Shown here: one piece after another, positions 30,342 to 40,317 of the stretch
How the letters are laid out: every line of letters begins with the position of its first letter
How positions within the stretch are numbered: the first letter of the stretch is position 1
NCBI GenBank assembly: GCA_963719315.1
Contig: CAVRBU010000001.1
Location: 352,001 to 416,000, forward strand
Origin: an uncultured Planctomycetota bacterium
Lineage (GTDB): Bacteria > Planctomycetota > Planctomycetia > Pirellulales > Lacipirellulaceae
Length of the DNA: 64,000 nucleotides
Reading direction: 5' to 3'
Notes under the pieces: generated by a model
The model's input: only the letters and a program-made list of their open reading frames with translations
Told to the model about the DNA's origin: nothing
Database searches by the model: none
Translations under genes and position numbers: made by a program

Positions 30342-31471
30342 GGCTTGTGCCCCGTCAATTCTCGGATCAATTTCACTTCGCCTTGGCGGTAAGGTTTGCC
30401 GTCTGCGCGGAAAATGTCGTGGTGCCAAGGATCGGGCTCGCCGATGATCGGCATCTGCCAAGTATGCCACGGATACTTGGTTTGCGTCTTGCCATCGACC
30501 AGTCCCCAGCAATACGCAGCAACCCTTTCCTTTTTCAAAATTGGCAGAATCGCCTCGAACGTGCTGCCGTTGCCGCGAGCCATGAACTCGGTGCACAGCA
30601 GTGGCCGTTCATATTTACGAAGTTGATGGATGCGATTCAGCATCGCCTCAGGTTTGCTGTAGTCGTGGAACGAGATGACGTCGCTCAATTCAACGGCGGC
30701 ACGATGCACCTGGTTAAGCTTATCCACTTGGTCCCACGGAGGGCCGGCCCACAAGCACACCGTAAGCGGTTGTGAAGGCCTCGTCGCTCGCGCCCAGTCG
30801 AACGACAACCGCACGACGCGAGCCGATACTTCGTCCTTGTTCTTCAATTCCAAAGGGCCGTAGCTGTTGCCATTAAGATTATCGGGCTCGTTGAACAAGT
30901 CCCACGCCAGCACCCGCTCGTCGTTCGCATAACGTGCAATCACTTCGGTTACATACGGCTTGAGCGCGTCCTGTTTTGCGCGATCGGCGAGCACAACGCG
31001 GCCGGGGCTCTGCACCCAGCCACTGTTGTGCACGCCCGCGCGCGGCCGATTTTGTGTACCACTTTGCGGATCGGGATCCCACACGCCGTCGAAGACCACC
31101 AGCATCGGCCGAATTCCGTGGCCGGCTGCAAGTTCGAGGAACTTGTCTACGTTCGCGAAGAACTTCGCGCGATCGTCTTTCCACGGCAAGTCGTGTAGGA
31201 ACACGCGGACCGTGTTGAAGCCAAGCGATTGGGCCCGGCCGAGCTCGCGATCGATCGTCGTGGCGTCGAACGTCTCCGGCTGCCACATCTCCAACTGGTT
31301 GATGGCCGTACTGGGGATGAAATTACATCCGACCAGCCAGGGCTGGGCCTTGTACCAGTCGTTCGCCTGCTGGGGCGTCCAGCGCTCTGAGGCAGTTGTA
31401 AAACCAAAACCAGCAGCAACTGTGACCGTCGTTGCGACGACAAGTGCAATCGTTCTCACGTAGATGGACAA
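30338..31471 (-). CDS. Secreted glycoside hydrolase, clan GH-A (GH5/cellulase-like, often labelled 1,4-beta-xylanase)
   Basis: GFNTVRVFLH, WDLFNEP acid/base, SFHDY and CTEFMAR nucleophile. Confidence 0.88.
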   Translation of the reverse strand: MSIYVRTIALVVATTVTVAAGFGFTTASERWTPQQANDWYKAQPWLVGCNFIPSTAINQLEMWQPETFDATTIDRELGRAQSLGFNTVRVFLHDLPWKDDRAKFFANVDKFLELAAGHGIRPMLVVFDGVWDPDPQSGTQNRPRAGVHNSGWVQSPGRVVLADRAKQDALKPYVTEVIARYANDERVLAWDLFNEPDNLNGNSYGPLELKNKDEVSARVVRLSFDWARATRPSQPLTVCLWAGPPWDQVDKLNQVHRAAVELSDVISFHDYSKPEAMLNRIHQLRKYERPLLCTEFMARGNGSTFEAILPILKKERVAAYCWGLVDGKTQTKYPWHTWQMPIIGEPDPWHHDIFRADGKPYRQGEVKLIRELTGHKP

Positions 31472-31605
31472 AGTTCAGCCCTCGCCTTTCAAGATTTATC
31501 CAGCGATCCGATGATACCTGGGAGACGCTCTCAGTGTAATCGAAGGACAAGTGAAGTTCGATGGGGCAGAAGCGCGTCGCGCAAAGAGAATGAATCGATG
31601 AACCA

Positions 31606-32358
31606 TCAGCCTCCGCGCCGATCGCGCCGAATCTGTTCCAACTCGCGCTTTAGGGGCTCCCAATAGTCTCGATCGGCTTTTCGCTCTTGAATTTCTTCCT
31701 CGGTCAGCGCAAGCTCTAGTCGGTTCCGCTCACCAATCGTTGCGAATTGCAAAAGCGGTCGGCTGAATGCGACTTCGGCGGCGGCGTCTGGATGACGGGC
31801 CGCAAGTTGAATCAATAGATCGGGAGTTCTGGATTCCCGCAGCCAAAATCGCACTCGATCTTCGCTGGCATCCGATTGGTGCGCGGCGTAATGCGCTTCC
31901 ACGAGGCGGCGTATCATCGGCCAGTCCTTGTCGCGCTGCGTTTTTTTGGCCGATATCAAATCGCCAAGTGCCATCATTTCGAATCGGCAACCCGCATCAT
32001 CGGTCAGTGTCGTTCGACGGCTCCATAGCGCTTCGAACGGGGCTACTCCGCGCATATTCGCCATTACATCAACGCGAATGTCTGCCGACTGAGGCGCGCG
32101 GCAACGAAAATGGATGGCATGACCGCGTAGGAGATAGGCGGCTTCAAACGGCGGCACGGCAATGGGTATCGCATCAAGTTCGGCCAGCGCAGCCTTCAAG
32201 CGGCCGATGTTTTCGTCATCGCAGAGAATTGCGATGTCGCAGTCGCGGCTAAACTCCGCTGCGCCGTACAACACGCAGGCCTGCCCGCCCATCAGCAGGT
32301 ATCGGACTTCGTGGGTAGAGAGCGTCGAAAGGACTTTGCGAATCGGGTTCGGGATCAA
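31606..32358 (-). CDS. Putative nucleotidyltransferase-fold protein
   Basis: LLMGGQACVLYG...SRDCDIAI (GG..DxD), RVDVM and LISAKKTQRDKD. Confidence 0.75.
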   Translation of the reverse strand: MIPNPIRKVLSTLSTHEVRYLLMGGQACVLYGAAEFSRDCDIAILCDDENIGRLKAALAELDAIPIAVPPFEAAYLLRGHAIHFRCRAPQSADIRVDVMANMRGVAPFEALWSRRTTLTDDAGCRFEMMALGDLISAKKTQRDKDWPMIRRLVEAHYAAHQSDASEDRVRFWLRESRTPDLLIQLAARHPDAAAEVAFSRPLLQFATIGERNRLELALTEEEIQERKADRDYWEPLKRELEQIRRDRRGG

Positions 32359-32470
32359 GCGAACCTCCCACGCTTAAATAGAAAGCCCACAACTTGTCCG
32401 TTTCGCGCCACCGCTCGAGCGGCGTGAGCGCGTACCAATCTTGCCACTCGGGATCGAGCCACTCGTCCAT
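32249..32470 (-). CDS. Small hypothetical protein (LTPxER motif), upstream partner overlapping the NTase gene
   Basis: 73 aa with ATG start, EWQDWYALTPLERWRE and an acidic N-terminus. Confidence 0.6.
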   Translation of the reverse strand: MDEWLDPEWQDWYALTPLERWRETDKLWAFYLSVGGSLDPEPDSQSPFDALYPRSPIPADGRAGLRVVRRSGV

Positions 32471-32552
32471 ACTAGAATTCTAGGTCATCGGCTCTGAAAA
32501 TGATACAGTGCTCGGCGATCGCTGGTGTCCAAAGTTGCGGCACAACAACCTC

Positions 32553-32603
32553 GTAGCACGGACTTCAGTCCGTGATTCTCGTACGGACTGAAGTCCGTGC
32601 TAC
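32553..32603. repeat. Perfect 21-bp inverted repeat (REP-like doublet)
   Basis: GTAGCACGGACTTCAGTCCGT / ACGGACTGAAGTCCGTGCTAC; each arm is itself palindromic. Confidence 0.9.
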
Positions 32604-32660
32604 AAAGTTGCGGTCCGAACGGTGTCAAATTAGGACGCCACCCGGCGATCGGCCACCTGC

Positions 32661-33797
32661 TCAGGCCGCGAAACCCCATTCGTCAAAGTATTGTTTCCAC
32701 TCCCGATGCAGCCGCTGCCGCAATTCAGCGGACAATTCAGGCAAGGAATTCTTCTTGTAGTTCGCCAACGAATCTACATAGGCGGAAAGTCGTGACTTAA
32801 CGTCTTCGAAGCGGGGTAAGCTAAGCGCCTCATAAATCCTGCGGACCTGACCGACCGGATCGCGTTCCAGATCCTCGAAGGCGACGTCGTGCAACTGGCC
32901 GGCGGGAATCAGTGAGCGATGCGCGAAGTATCCATCGTACAAGTGTTTTATTAGTTCGATGACATGGGTGTGAATTGCTTCTTCATCCCGGTAGTTGACG
33001 CGTTGCAGTTGCCACCAAGGACCCGCCGTGTAAAGCGTATGCTTGAGCGACTGAAACAATTCGTACGGATTGCGATGAATGTGTACGAACTTGGCATCGG
33101 GGAATAGTTCCAGCAGCGTTTTGACTCGACCCGTGTTGGCCGGTGACTTTAGCACTAGTGGGCGGCCATATTTGTATGTGAGTTTCTTTAGAAAGAATTG
33201 ATAGCATGCTTTCCAGCGAGTCAGTTCGACGGCCGACAAGCCGGTCATCGTCATATAGCGGTCGTAAAACTTCGCATTGCGCGGAAACGCCCAGGCCAGC
33301 AAATTCGCTTGGCCGGAGAGCGAGCACATTGCAAAATCCTCTTCCTGCGGCTCGTTGGCGCCCATCTTCACCGCATCCTGTGGTCGGTGCTTCGGCATGA
33401 ACAGGCCGAGAAGCCGAGCCCCGAATCGCTCGGACGAAAAGAATGTACGCGGGCAGAGAACTTGAAATTGATTCGGATATGCGAACCGATCATCGACGGC
33501 GAGAAGATTATGCAAATGCGTCGTTCCACTGCGCCGCGCGCCAAGTACGAAGAGCGGCGGTTTGATCTCGGCGCGCTGAATCGCCCACCCATATCGCCAT
33601 TCTTCCGCCAGAGCCGCCAGCGTATTCGGCAGGGAACCCAGTGTGATCATCGCCGCCCGCGGCCAGAAAATCGGATCGATTGAAAACCGATTATCGCTGA
33701 GCAGTTGCAGCCAGTTGCCGAGTGTAATTCCGCCGAAGTTGTTCGCGCCGAAAGTTCGAAACCATGCGTCTCGCCAGCGCGTCACAACATTGGGCAT
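32661..33797 (-). CDS. Sulfotransferase (Sulfotransfer_3-type)
   Basis: PLFVLGARRSGTTHLHNLL PAPS loop, LVLKSP and FVHIHRNP. Confidence 0.92.
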   Translation of the reverse strand: MPNVVTRWRDAWFRTFGANNFGGITLGNWLQLLSDNRFSIDPIFWPRAAMITLGSLPNTLAALAEEWRYGWAIQRAEIKPPLFVLGARRSGTTHLHNLLAVDDRFAYPNQFQVLCPRTFFSSERFGARLLGLFMPKHRPQDAVKMGANEPQEEDFAMCSLSGQANLLAWAFPRNAKFYDRYMTMTGLSAVELTRWKACYQFFLKKLTYKYGRPLVLKSPANTGRVKTLLELFPDAKFVHIHRNPYELFQSLKHTLYTAGPWWQLQRVNYRDEEAIHTHVIELIKHLYDGYFAHRSLIPAGQLHDVAFEDLERDPVGQVRRIYEALSLPRFEDVKSRLSAYVDSLANYKKNSLPELSAELRQRLHREWKQYFDEWGFAA

Positions 33798-33822
33798 ATT
33801 CAACTTCTGTCAGCGACGATGC

Positions 33823-35541
33823 CTATACGGCAGCCGCTTCCACGACCTCCGCCGCCAGCTTCTTTCGCTCGGGGCAGCCGTTGCAGCTCCACCAACTGGC
33901 CGCCAGATCGCTCGACCACGCATCATCCAGCACGATCTCACGTAGCGCGTTGCGGAGCGACGAAACGTCCTGGTAGCGGTGATCGGGATCCTTCTCCAGA
34001 CATCGCAGCACGATCTCTTCCAACTCGGCCGGCAATTCGGAATTGAGCTGCCGTGGAGGCAGGACTTCCTGCGACGCGTGGGCGATCATCACCTTCAACG
34101 GATTGTCGAACACGAACGGCGGCTGGCCGGTGAGCATGTAATACATCACGGCGCCAAGCGAGTAGATGTCGCTGCGGGCGTCGACACTATCTTCGCCGCT
34201 GGCTTGCTCGGGCGACATGAACAGTGGCGATCCGGTGATGGTGCCGGCCAGGGTGAGCTGTGCATCGAGGTTCTTCTCCATCGTCGGTTTCGCAAGGCCG
34301 AAGTCGAGCAGCTTCACGACATCGAACACGCCACCGCGGTACGCGCAGAAGATATTGGCTGGTTTGATATCGCGATGCACGAGGCCGATGCCGTGAGCTT
34401 CGGCCAGGGCCGCGCACACCTGCTCCATCAGATACACGGTGCGGGCCGGTGGGATCGGCCCGTAGTCTTCGATGATTTCGCCGATATTATGGCCCGGCAA
34501 GTACTCCATCACGTAGTAGAACGTGCCATCGGCCGTGCTGCCGAAATCGTAGATGTCGATCGAGTTCCAATGCGAGAGCTTGGCCGTGGCCCGAACTTCG
34601 CGCTCAAAGCGAGCCAGCATCCGTGGGTCGCCCGCCTTGTCGGGCCGAATTAGTTTTACTGCGCAGGGCCGCTTCATCATTTGGTGCTCGGCCAGGTAGA
34701 CCTCGCCCATGCCGCCGGAACCAAGCAGCCGCTTGAGCCGATACTGGCCAAGCTGCTTCGCGGCAAACGCCTCGCGGCGCAGCGTGCCGATCGTGTGCAC
34801 GCCCACCACCGCGGTCAACACCACGATCGCGAGGATGAGCACTTGCCCGCTAATGAAGCCGCTGTAGTCTGGCCGAGTGACCAGACTTTTGAACGCCGGA
34901 AGTGTGTAAAAGTAAGCCAACATTACAATCGGAATGGCGCCCATACTGCCCAGCACCGCCGCGGCGCGCCGCCATGTGTTGGGAATGAACATCGCGTACG
35001 TGAAAATCAGAAGTACCCAGGGCGTGACAATGATCGAAAGCCGCGCGTTTCCGTCCGGCAAGTTCGCCAGATAATTTGTTTCCTGCAGCCCATTGACCAA
35101 AAAGAACACTGTAGGGCATCCGAAAATTATAAGCTCTGCGACGCGGAGTTTTGCCAACGAATACGTGCAATGGCGGCACATGCGTACGGCAAACGCACCG
35201 AGCACGATCGTTACGAGACCGTGCGTGTAAAAGATGGGCATGTGCTCCGGTTTGGCCCATTCGTCCCAATAAAAGAACCAACGAATGAGAAATGCGGAGA
35301 ACCCGACAAAAAACAAGACCGCGGTCATCCGCAACCGATTCCGCAATAGTGCGCGCGTCTCGGCGCTTAGATGCGGCGCGCTGCCTTCGACGAGGGCGAC
35401 ATTCAGGCGGGCTTCCGCCCGCATGCTGTCGATACTGGAGTCCCGCGCCGCAAAAGAGGACCGCGGAGCAAGCACGGTTTCGGCCCCATTGAGGGACGAG
35501 GGCCGGCCATTGGAGCGACTTATTCGTTCATCCTGCGCCAT
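33823..35541 (-). CDS. Membrane-bound Hanks-type Ser/Thr protein kinase
   Basis: N-terminal TM helices; LGSGGMGEVY, CAVK, HRDIKPAN, DFG, GSPLFMSPEQ and DIYSLG. Confidence 0.96.
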   Translation of the reverse strand: MAQDERISRSNGRPSSLNGAETVLAPRSSFAARDSSIDSMRAEARLNVALVEGSAPHLSAETRALLRNRLRMTAVLFFVGFSAFLIRWFFYWDEWAKPEHMPIFYTHGLVTIVLGAFAVRMCRHCTYSLAKLRVAELIIFGCPTVFFLVNGLQETNYLANLPDGNARLSIIVTPWVLLIFTYAMFIPNTWRRAAAVLGSMGAIPIVMLAYFYTLPAFKSLVTRPDYSGFISGQVLILAIVVLTAVVGVHTIGTLRREAFAAKQLGQYRLKRLLGSGGMGEVYLAEHQMMKRPCAVKLIRPDKAGDPRMLARFEREVRATAKLSHWNSIDIYDFGSTADGTFYYVMEYLPGHNIGEIIEDYGPIPPARTVYLMEQVCAALAEAHGIGLVHRDIKPANIFCAYRGGVFDVVKLLDFGLAKPTMEKNLDAQLTLAGTITGSPLFMSPEQASGEDSVDARSDIYSLGAVMYYMLTGQPPFVFDNPLKVMIAHASQEVLPPRQLNSELPAELEEIVLRCLEKDPDHRYQDVSSLRNALREIVLDDAWSSDLAASWWSCNGCPERKKLAAEVVEAAAV

Positions 35542-35863
35542 AGGTATTTTGCCTTAACGCGTGTAAGACGACCGCCGGCCCGAATTGGTTCGCGGCCAAA
35601 AGGCGATGGCAGAACGCACCACTTATCCTACTCAACCGCCCGATTTTCGGGCAGTGGGAAAAGTCAGCACGCCAGCAAAGCCCCACCAGAAGTAGCTGAA
35701 GTCGCAAGAATTCAGTTTACTAATAGTGGCCGCAAGAAGAAGCGTTTTGGGAGGCGGCCCCGACAACGATTGAGGTCGAAAATCGCAAATCGACATCGGT
35801 CTCGGAGAGGCCTTCCACGGGCTCATTTGTTGCCAGAACGCGAGCAGCAGTGACTTCAAAGAA

Positions 35864-36415
35864 TTACGCAGCCCGCCGCACAGATTCCCGGGCCGCCCAC
35901 TCGGCGATTTGCGTCCGTGGAATGCTATTGAACGATACTTGGCCATCGGCTGCCCGTCGCTCGCTGAGTATCGTTGAGTTCTCGTGCAACATCCGCGGTA
36001 CGTAAAACCACGCACCATTCAGGTCCGTTTCGGCAACCTCAGGACCGATCAAGATCAGGTCCGTGTTGGGATGCGCGTTGGCCGCGGAAGCAAGTGATCG
36101 GGCCGGAGTGCCCGGAACCAGTCGGATACCGGCTTCCGTCCCGCGTAGAACTCGGTAAGCCTCTTTTAGCGAGATCGCCGGCCGCGCGACCGGCCGCGCT
36201 TCGAACAAATCGATGCCCGTGTACCACACCTTTTTATCGCCGGCAAATCGCTGTGCGACTTCGATCATCGATACGGTGCGCGTCAGATTGCCCATGCCGA
36301 TTTCGATGATTCGGTAGGCCTGCTGACGTTTGATCAATCTATAGAGTTCTCGATCACTTTTGGGATTCGAGAACCGGGCAAGGTACGTGTAGCGAAACCA
36401 ATTGGCAGCAGCCAC
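35864..36415 (-). CDS. Hypothetical protein, weakly class I SAM-methyltransferase-like
   Basis: IIEIGMG and YTGIDLFE resemble MTase motifs I/II; normal amino-acid composition. Confidence 0.6.
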   Translation of the reverse strand: MAAANWFRYTYLARFSNPKSDRELYRLIKRQQAYRIIEIGMGNLTRTVSMIEVAQRFAGDKKVWYTGIDLFEARPVARPAISLKEAYRVLRGTEAGIRLVPGTPARSLASAANAHPNTDLILIGPEVAETDLNGAWFYVPRMLHENSTILSERRAADGQVSFNSIPRTQIAEWAARESVRRAA

Positions 36416-36876
36416 AGCGGTCTCCGATTACGAGCGGGGTGGGAAGCGGGTCGTGTCGTTTCGCGCGCTGGCGAGGCGTACCGAATCGCGGGTGGGCGCC
36501 GACGCTAGCGTGCGGGATTGGGCGTCGGTCGGCGGGTAGGTGGGCCTTGATAGAACATCGGAAATCGGCAGCGAAGAATGTACCGAATTTGCCGTGCTGC
36601 CTGCTACGGATGAGTTATTGCCACCGCAGGCGAATCCCAATCGCAACTGGAGGAGACGCGATCCACCCCGCGACCGCCTCGCCGCCCGCGCAAAGCAGCG
36701 GCCCGGCGGATCGACTGTCGTTGGCACGCAGCGCTGCCAATTTCAGAGTCGGACGCGGGGCCGCGGTTGCTTTTCGAATACGTGGAGTTCTCTGGAATTC
36801 CGCGTTGTTTCAATGATCGACTTATCGGCGAATGTGTGGCGACTAAAGCGGCATTTCCGCACATTCGACCAGGGCA

Positions 36877-37395
36877 TCAACTGCCGGAGTCCCAATCGTT
36901 GTCCGCCAACGCCAGCGGTATTGCGATCGCCGCTGCCACGGTGCCGGCCGTGATATACGGATGGCATTTGACCCACTCTTTCCAACTGTTCATCTGGCCA
37001 AATTGACCGCGAACCAGAGTGTCCTTTCCAGAAACAACCAACGCGGCAGGCCGCGCCGAAGGGGGCGCCGTGTCAGCGGCCCACAACCGGCAGGCGGTGC
37101 TGCTTTCGCTGGTGTTGATTTGATACTGGCCGCCACGCAATCCTTGCGCGGCGAACACACCGCTCTCGTCGGTCGTCGTGCGGACCACTTCCTGGCCGCG
37201 GTACTCGATCATCACCGGTGTGCCGGCCTTGGCCACACCTTGCGGATCGACCACCTGGCCCAACAGCACTCCGCCCGGGCGAAGCGCGATATCGGCGACG
37301 GCCGTAACGGGCGCTGCTCCCAAAACTGGTGATGGTAGCACCATACCCAAGGCGGCAACGGCGGCTGCCCACTTTCCTAACGAGTTACGTTTCAT
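36877..37395 (-). CDS. Secreted carboxypeptidase-regulatory-like domain protein
   Basis: Signal peptide; GQVVDPQG...TTDESGVF...LRGGQY; GAGGAG RBS. Confidence 0.8.
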   Translation of the reverse strand: MKRNSLGKWAAAVAALGMVLPSPVLGAAPVTAVADIALRPGGVLLGQVVDPQGVAKAGTPVMIEYRGQEVVRTTTDESGVFAAQGLRGGQYQINTSESSTACRLWAADTAPPSARPAALVVSGKDTLVRGQFGQMNSWKEWVKCHPYITAGTVAAAIAIPLALADNDWDSGS

Positions 37396-37508
37396 GCTCG
37401 CTCCTCATTTCCTCTGCTGAATGCAATCACTCAGTGCCGCCGAGGCGCAACAAAGTCAAACCTTGCACCCCGTATCGGCTCTACAATCGGTATCACTTAA
37501 CATTCATT

Positions 37509-38312
37509 TCAACGCTGCCAATGTTTGAAGTGCTGAATCATTTTTTCGGTCGGATTTGGCACTTCTTCCGGCAGCAACACAGACAGCTTGTCCGGCGGCG
37601 TCGATTGTTGATAGCATGCTAAATAACGCACTAGCGCCCGATGAGCGCCTTCCGGCCCGTGCATCATGAAATGCACCCAGGCCCAGGAATAACGGTAGTC
37701 GGTCGCATCCATATCGGTCAGGTTGTCGCGCTGTTCGAGCGAGTCAATCGTGCGGACCATCCCCAATCGCAAGCTCCATTTCCACTTGAGGTCATCGAAA
37801 TACGGGTGATCGAACGCCCGTTGGCCGGCCGGTACCTCGAAGTACTTGGCGATTCCCTCATCCAACCACAACGGCACCACCGGCAACGACCCGTGTAGCA
37901 ACGCATGGGTGCATTCGTGCCGCAGGTCGATATCGAGATCCACTTTTTCGAACGTGTACACGCCGGGCGAACCGCCTTCCAGCACGAACAACGCCGGCCG
38001 GTAGGGCACCTGCGGAAAATGTCGCTCGATGTAGGCGCGGTATTGGGCTTCGTCGGAGAACAGGTAAACGTAGATCGGCGATGTCGCGGCGGGAACGCCC
38101 AAGGTGCGTGTGATTTCGCGTTGCAAATCGGGCAGCTCTGCAAACAGTTTTTCATACTTCGCCAGGCCAAACGTGGCCTGAATCTGGAATGGCCCAACCT
38201 GCCGCGTATCGGTCCACTTCACGTAGTCCGACGGCGAGCACGCCGCCATTCGCGCCGAGAATAACACGATCGCGGCAAGCAGCGCAAACTTCAGAGTTCG
38301 TAGTCGATTCAT
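37509..38312 (-). CDS. DUF1570 / gluzincin-like HExxH protein (start ATG 38312)
   Basis: LRHECTHALLH, PLWLDEGIAKYFE and YRYSWAWVHF. Confidence 0.8.
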   Translation of the reverse strand: MNRLRTLKFALLAAIVLFSARMAACSPSDYVKWTDTRQVGPFQIQATFGLAKYEKLFAELPDLQREITRTLGVPAATSPIYVYLFSDEAQYRAYIERHFPQVPYRPALFVLEGGSPGVYTFEKVDLDIDLRHECTHALLHGSLPVVPLWLDEGIAKYFEVPAGQRAFDHPYFDDLKWKWSLRLGMVRTIDSLEQRDNLTDMDATDYRYSWAWVHFMMHGPEGAHRALVRYLACYQQSTPPDKLSVLLPEEVPNPTEKMIQHFKHWQR

Positions 38313-38320
38313 GGGGTATT

Positions 38321-39112
38321 TCACGCCACGGACTTCGAGGAAAACCAACGCCGTCTCGCTCGCACAATCTGTCGCCGTCCCGCCGGCACGTCCTGCCCTT
38401 CGGCGACTGCTGCCGGATTTTGGCTGCATAATTGGATTGCCGTCGTTTCGTCAGCTAGCTCGACGACACGATCGAAAGCCCGCCTCAGCAGCGGGCGCCG
38501 CGAACGCGGTCCATGCCCGTCGGACGCAACAAAGTGCACCAGCCCCTCGGTTAACAACCATTCCGATAGCTGCCGGCACGCGGATCCAAACGTCCCGCAC
38601 AAGCTGCCGGCGGTAATTTGCAGCAGACACCCAGCTTCGACCAGCGGCGACAGCACATCCGGCTTCCGCAAAATGCCTTCGTTCCGCTCCGGGTGGGACA
38701 GGATTCCAACCATGTTGTGCCGCCGCAAGTCTTCGATCACCGGCTCGAGCGGCAAGTACAGCTCATGCGGCAATTCCAGCAGCACGTGCCGGCCGCGATC
38801 GCCCAGCGTGAGCACTTCTCCACTCAATATTCGCCCCACCATATCGGGCTCGATCCGCACATCCGCGCCCGGCAGCACCTTGAGCGGCAGGCCTGCCTGG
38901 TTCATCCGCACCTGCAATTCACCGACTCGGCCGAGAATTTCGTCACCGCGATTGTGACCAAAATTCCCTAACTGGTGCGGCGTTGCAATGATCGTCGTCG
39001 TCCCGTCGTCAAGCGCGAGGTGAGCCATCGCCAATGACTCATCCCAGTCTTTTGCGCCGTCATCGATGCCCGGCAACAAATGACAATGGATATCGACGAA
39101 AGTCACACTCAT
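38321..39112 (-). CDS. PHP-family tyrosine-protein phosphatase (CpsB/CapC/YwqE-like)
   Basis: DIHCHLLPGIDDG, ATPH, SHPERN and ASDGH. Confidence 0.93.
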   Translation of the reverse strand: MSVTFVDIHCHLLPGIDDGAKDWDESLAMAHLALDDGTTTIIATPHQLGNFGHNRGDEILGRVGELQVRMNQAGLPLKVLPGADVRIEPDMVGRILSGEVLTLGDRGRHVLLELPHELYLPLEPVIEDLRRHNMVGILSHPERNEGILRKPDVLSPLVEAGCLLQITAGSLCGTFGSACRQLSEWLLTEGLVHFVASDGHGPRSRRPLLRRAFDRVVELADETTAIQLCSQNPAAVAEGQDVPAGRRQIVRARRRWFSSKSVA

Positions 39113-39320
39113 GGCGCGAGCGCGGCAGGCGCGCGAAGAGCGCAAGGCTCGACGCTCGTAGGGGACCGCGTGTTCCGGCTTGTTGAAGAGAGATCAAAGA
39201 CGAGAGGTAGAAAAGCGGCCGGAGTATAGCGAACGAGAACTCCACGTCAAGCCAAGCAGTCATAGTTGTATTTGCAAGATTCAGCTTACAATGCGAGCGG
39301 CTGAGGAAGAAATGCTTTCT

Positions 39321-39887
39321 TCACCCCGCCAGCGGCGCATGCGCCAGCACATCGTACACCGGCCCCTCCGGCCGAAGCCGGCTCGAAAACACGGTGACCT
39401 CGTCCACTAGCATCGTGCCCGCATCAAAATCGGCGAGCGCAGCCAGTTCCCGCACCAGCGGCCGCGGCGGCGAATTGCGCCCTGCGCGACCGAGCGTCAA
39501 ATGGGGCACGTATCGCCGCGCTTCGCCTCGGTATCCGAGCCGGTCGAGCTTATGCTGAATGGCGGCTTGCATTGCGACCATTGCCTGCGCGCCGGTTCCC
39601 GCCCCAATCCACAGCGTCCGCGGCCGATCTGGCGCCGGGAACGCGCCCGCCCCATGAGCAGATAGTTCGAACGATTCAAATTCCGCCACCGCCGCTAAGA
39701 CTGCATTGCAAACGGCCGGAATTTCAAGTTCCTCGACGTCACCGAGGAATTGAAGTGTCCAGTGTAAGTTTTCGGGCGCGACCCAAATCACATCTCCCAC
39801 GGCTGGAAGCAGCAATCCCGCCAGCTTCCGCGCCGCCCGACGAATCTCAGGCGAAGCAACGACGGCGATAAATGTGCGAACGCGCAT
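39321..39887 (-). CDS. thpR: RNA 2',3'-cyclic phosphodiesterase (2H family)
   Basis: RTFIAV, NLHWTLQFLG, GAFP and PHLTLGR (two HxT motifs). Confidence 0.92.
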   Translation of the reverse strand: MRVRTFIAVVASPEIRRAARKLAGLLLPAVGDVIWVAPENLHWTLQFLGDVEELEIPAVCNAVLAAVAEFESFELSAHGAGAFPAPDRPRTLWIGAGTGAQAMVAMQAAIQHKLDRLGYRGEARRYVPHLTLGRAGRNSPPRPLVRELAALADFDAGTMLVDEVTVFSSRLRPEGPVYDVLAHAPLAG

Positions 39888-39890
39888 AGC

Positions 39891-39920
39891 GCAGGAAGCA
39901 GGGAGCTTGGAGCAGGGAGT
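39891..39920. repeat. Left arm of an inverted 7-mer array bracketing the four-helix-bundle gene
   Basis: GCAGGAAGCAGGGAGCTTGGAGCAGGGAGT; 25/30 complementary to 40318-40347. Confidence 0.85.
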
Positions 39921-39940
39921 GGTAATCAGCAACAAAAACC

Positions 39941-40309
39941 TTAACGCAGGCTACGCGACAGACTCGTGATCATGCGACCAACCTCGTTCAATTCAATTAG
40001 CAACGGTCGGACATCGGCTTCTTCTATTAGACGTTGTCGTTGAAATGCGAGTAACATATTTGCGCATTCGAACGCGGAACGACGCGCGAAATTCAGATAG
40101 TTTCGAAACTCGTTGTTTGACGTACTGCCAGAGCCCTCGGCGATATTGTTGGAGATGGATAATGCAGCCGCTCGCAATTGCTCGGCAAACCGATATCGTC
40201 GCCGATGTTCAAGACGATCCGCCGCATTTCCCAAAACGAACGCTAAATCGGCGCTTCGTTGCCAAACTTCTAGGTCTTCGAACCGAAACAGCTTGGCTTG
40301 ATCGGCCAT
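39941..40309 (-). CDS. Four helix bundle protein (23S rRNA IVP / bAvd-like family)
   Basis: FEDLEVWQ, QLRAAALSISNNIAEGSG and FLNFARRSAFEC-type signature. Confidence 0.93.
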   Translation of the reverse strand: MADQAKLFRFEDLEVWQRSADLAFVLGNAADRLEHRRRYRFAEQLRAAALSISNNIAEGSGSTSNNEFRNYLNFARRSAFECANMLLAFQRQRLIEEADVRPLLIELNEVGRMITSLSRSLR

Positions 40310-40317
40310 GACCTCGA

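Noticed and set aside
39941..40309. Four-helix-bundle gene as the Avd of a diversity-generating retroelement
   Set aside because: No reverse transcriptase or template/variable repeat pair in the window.
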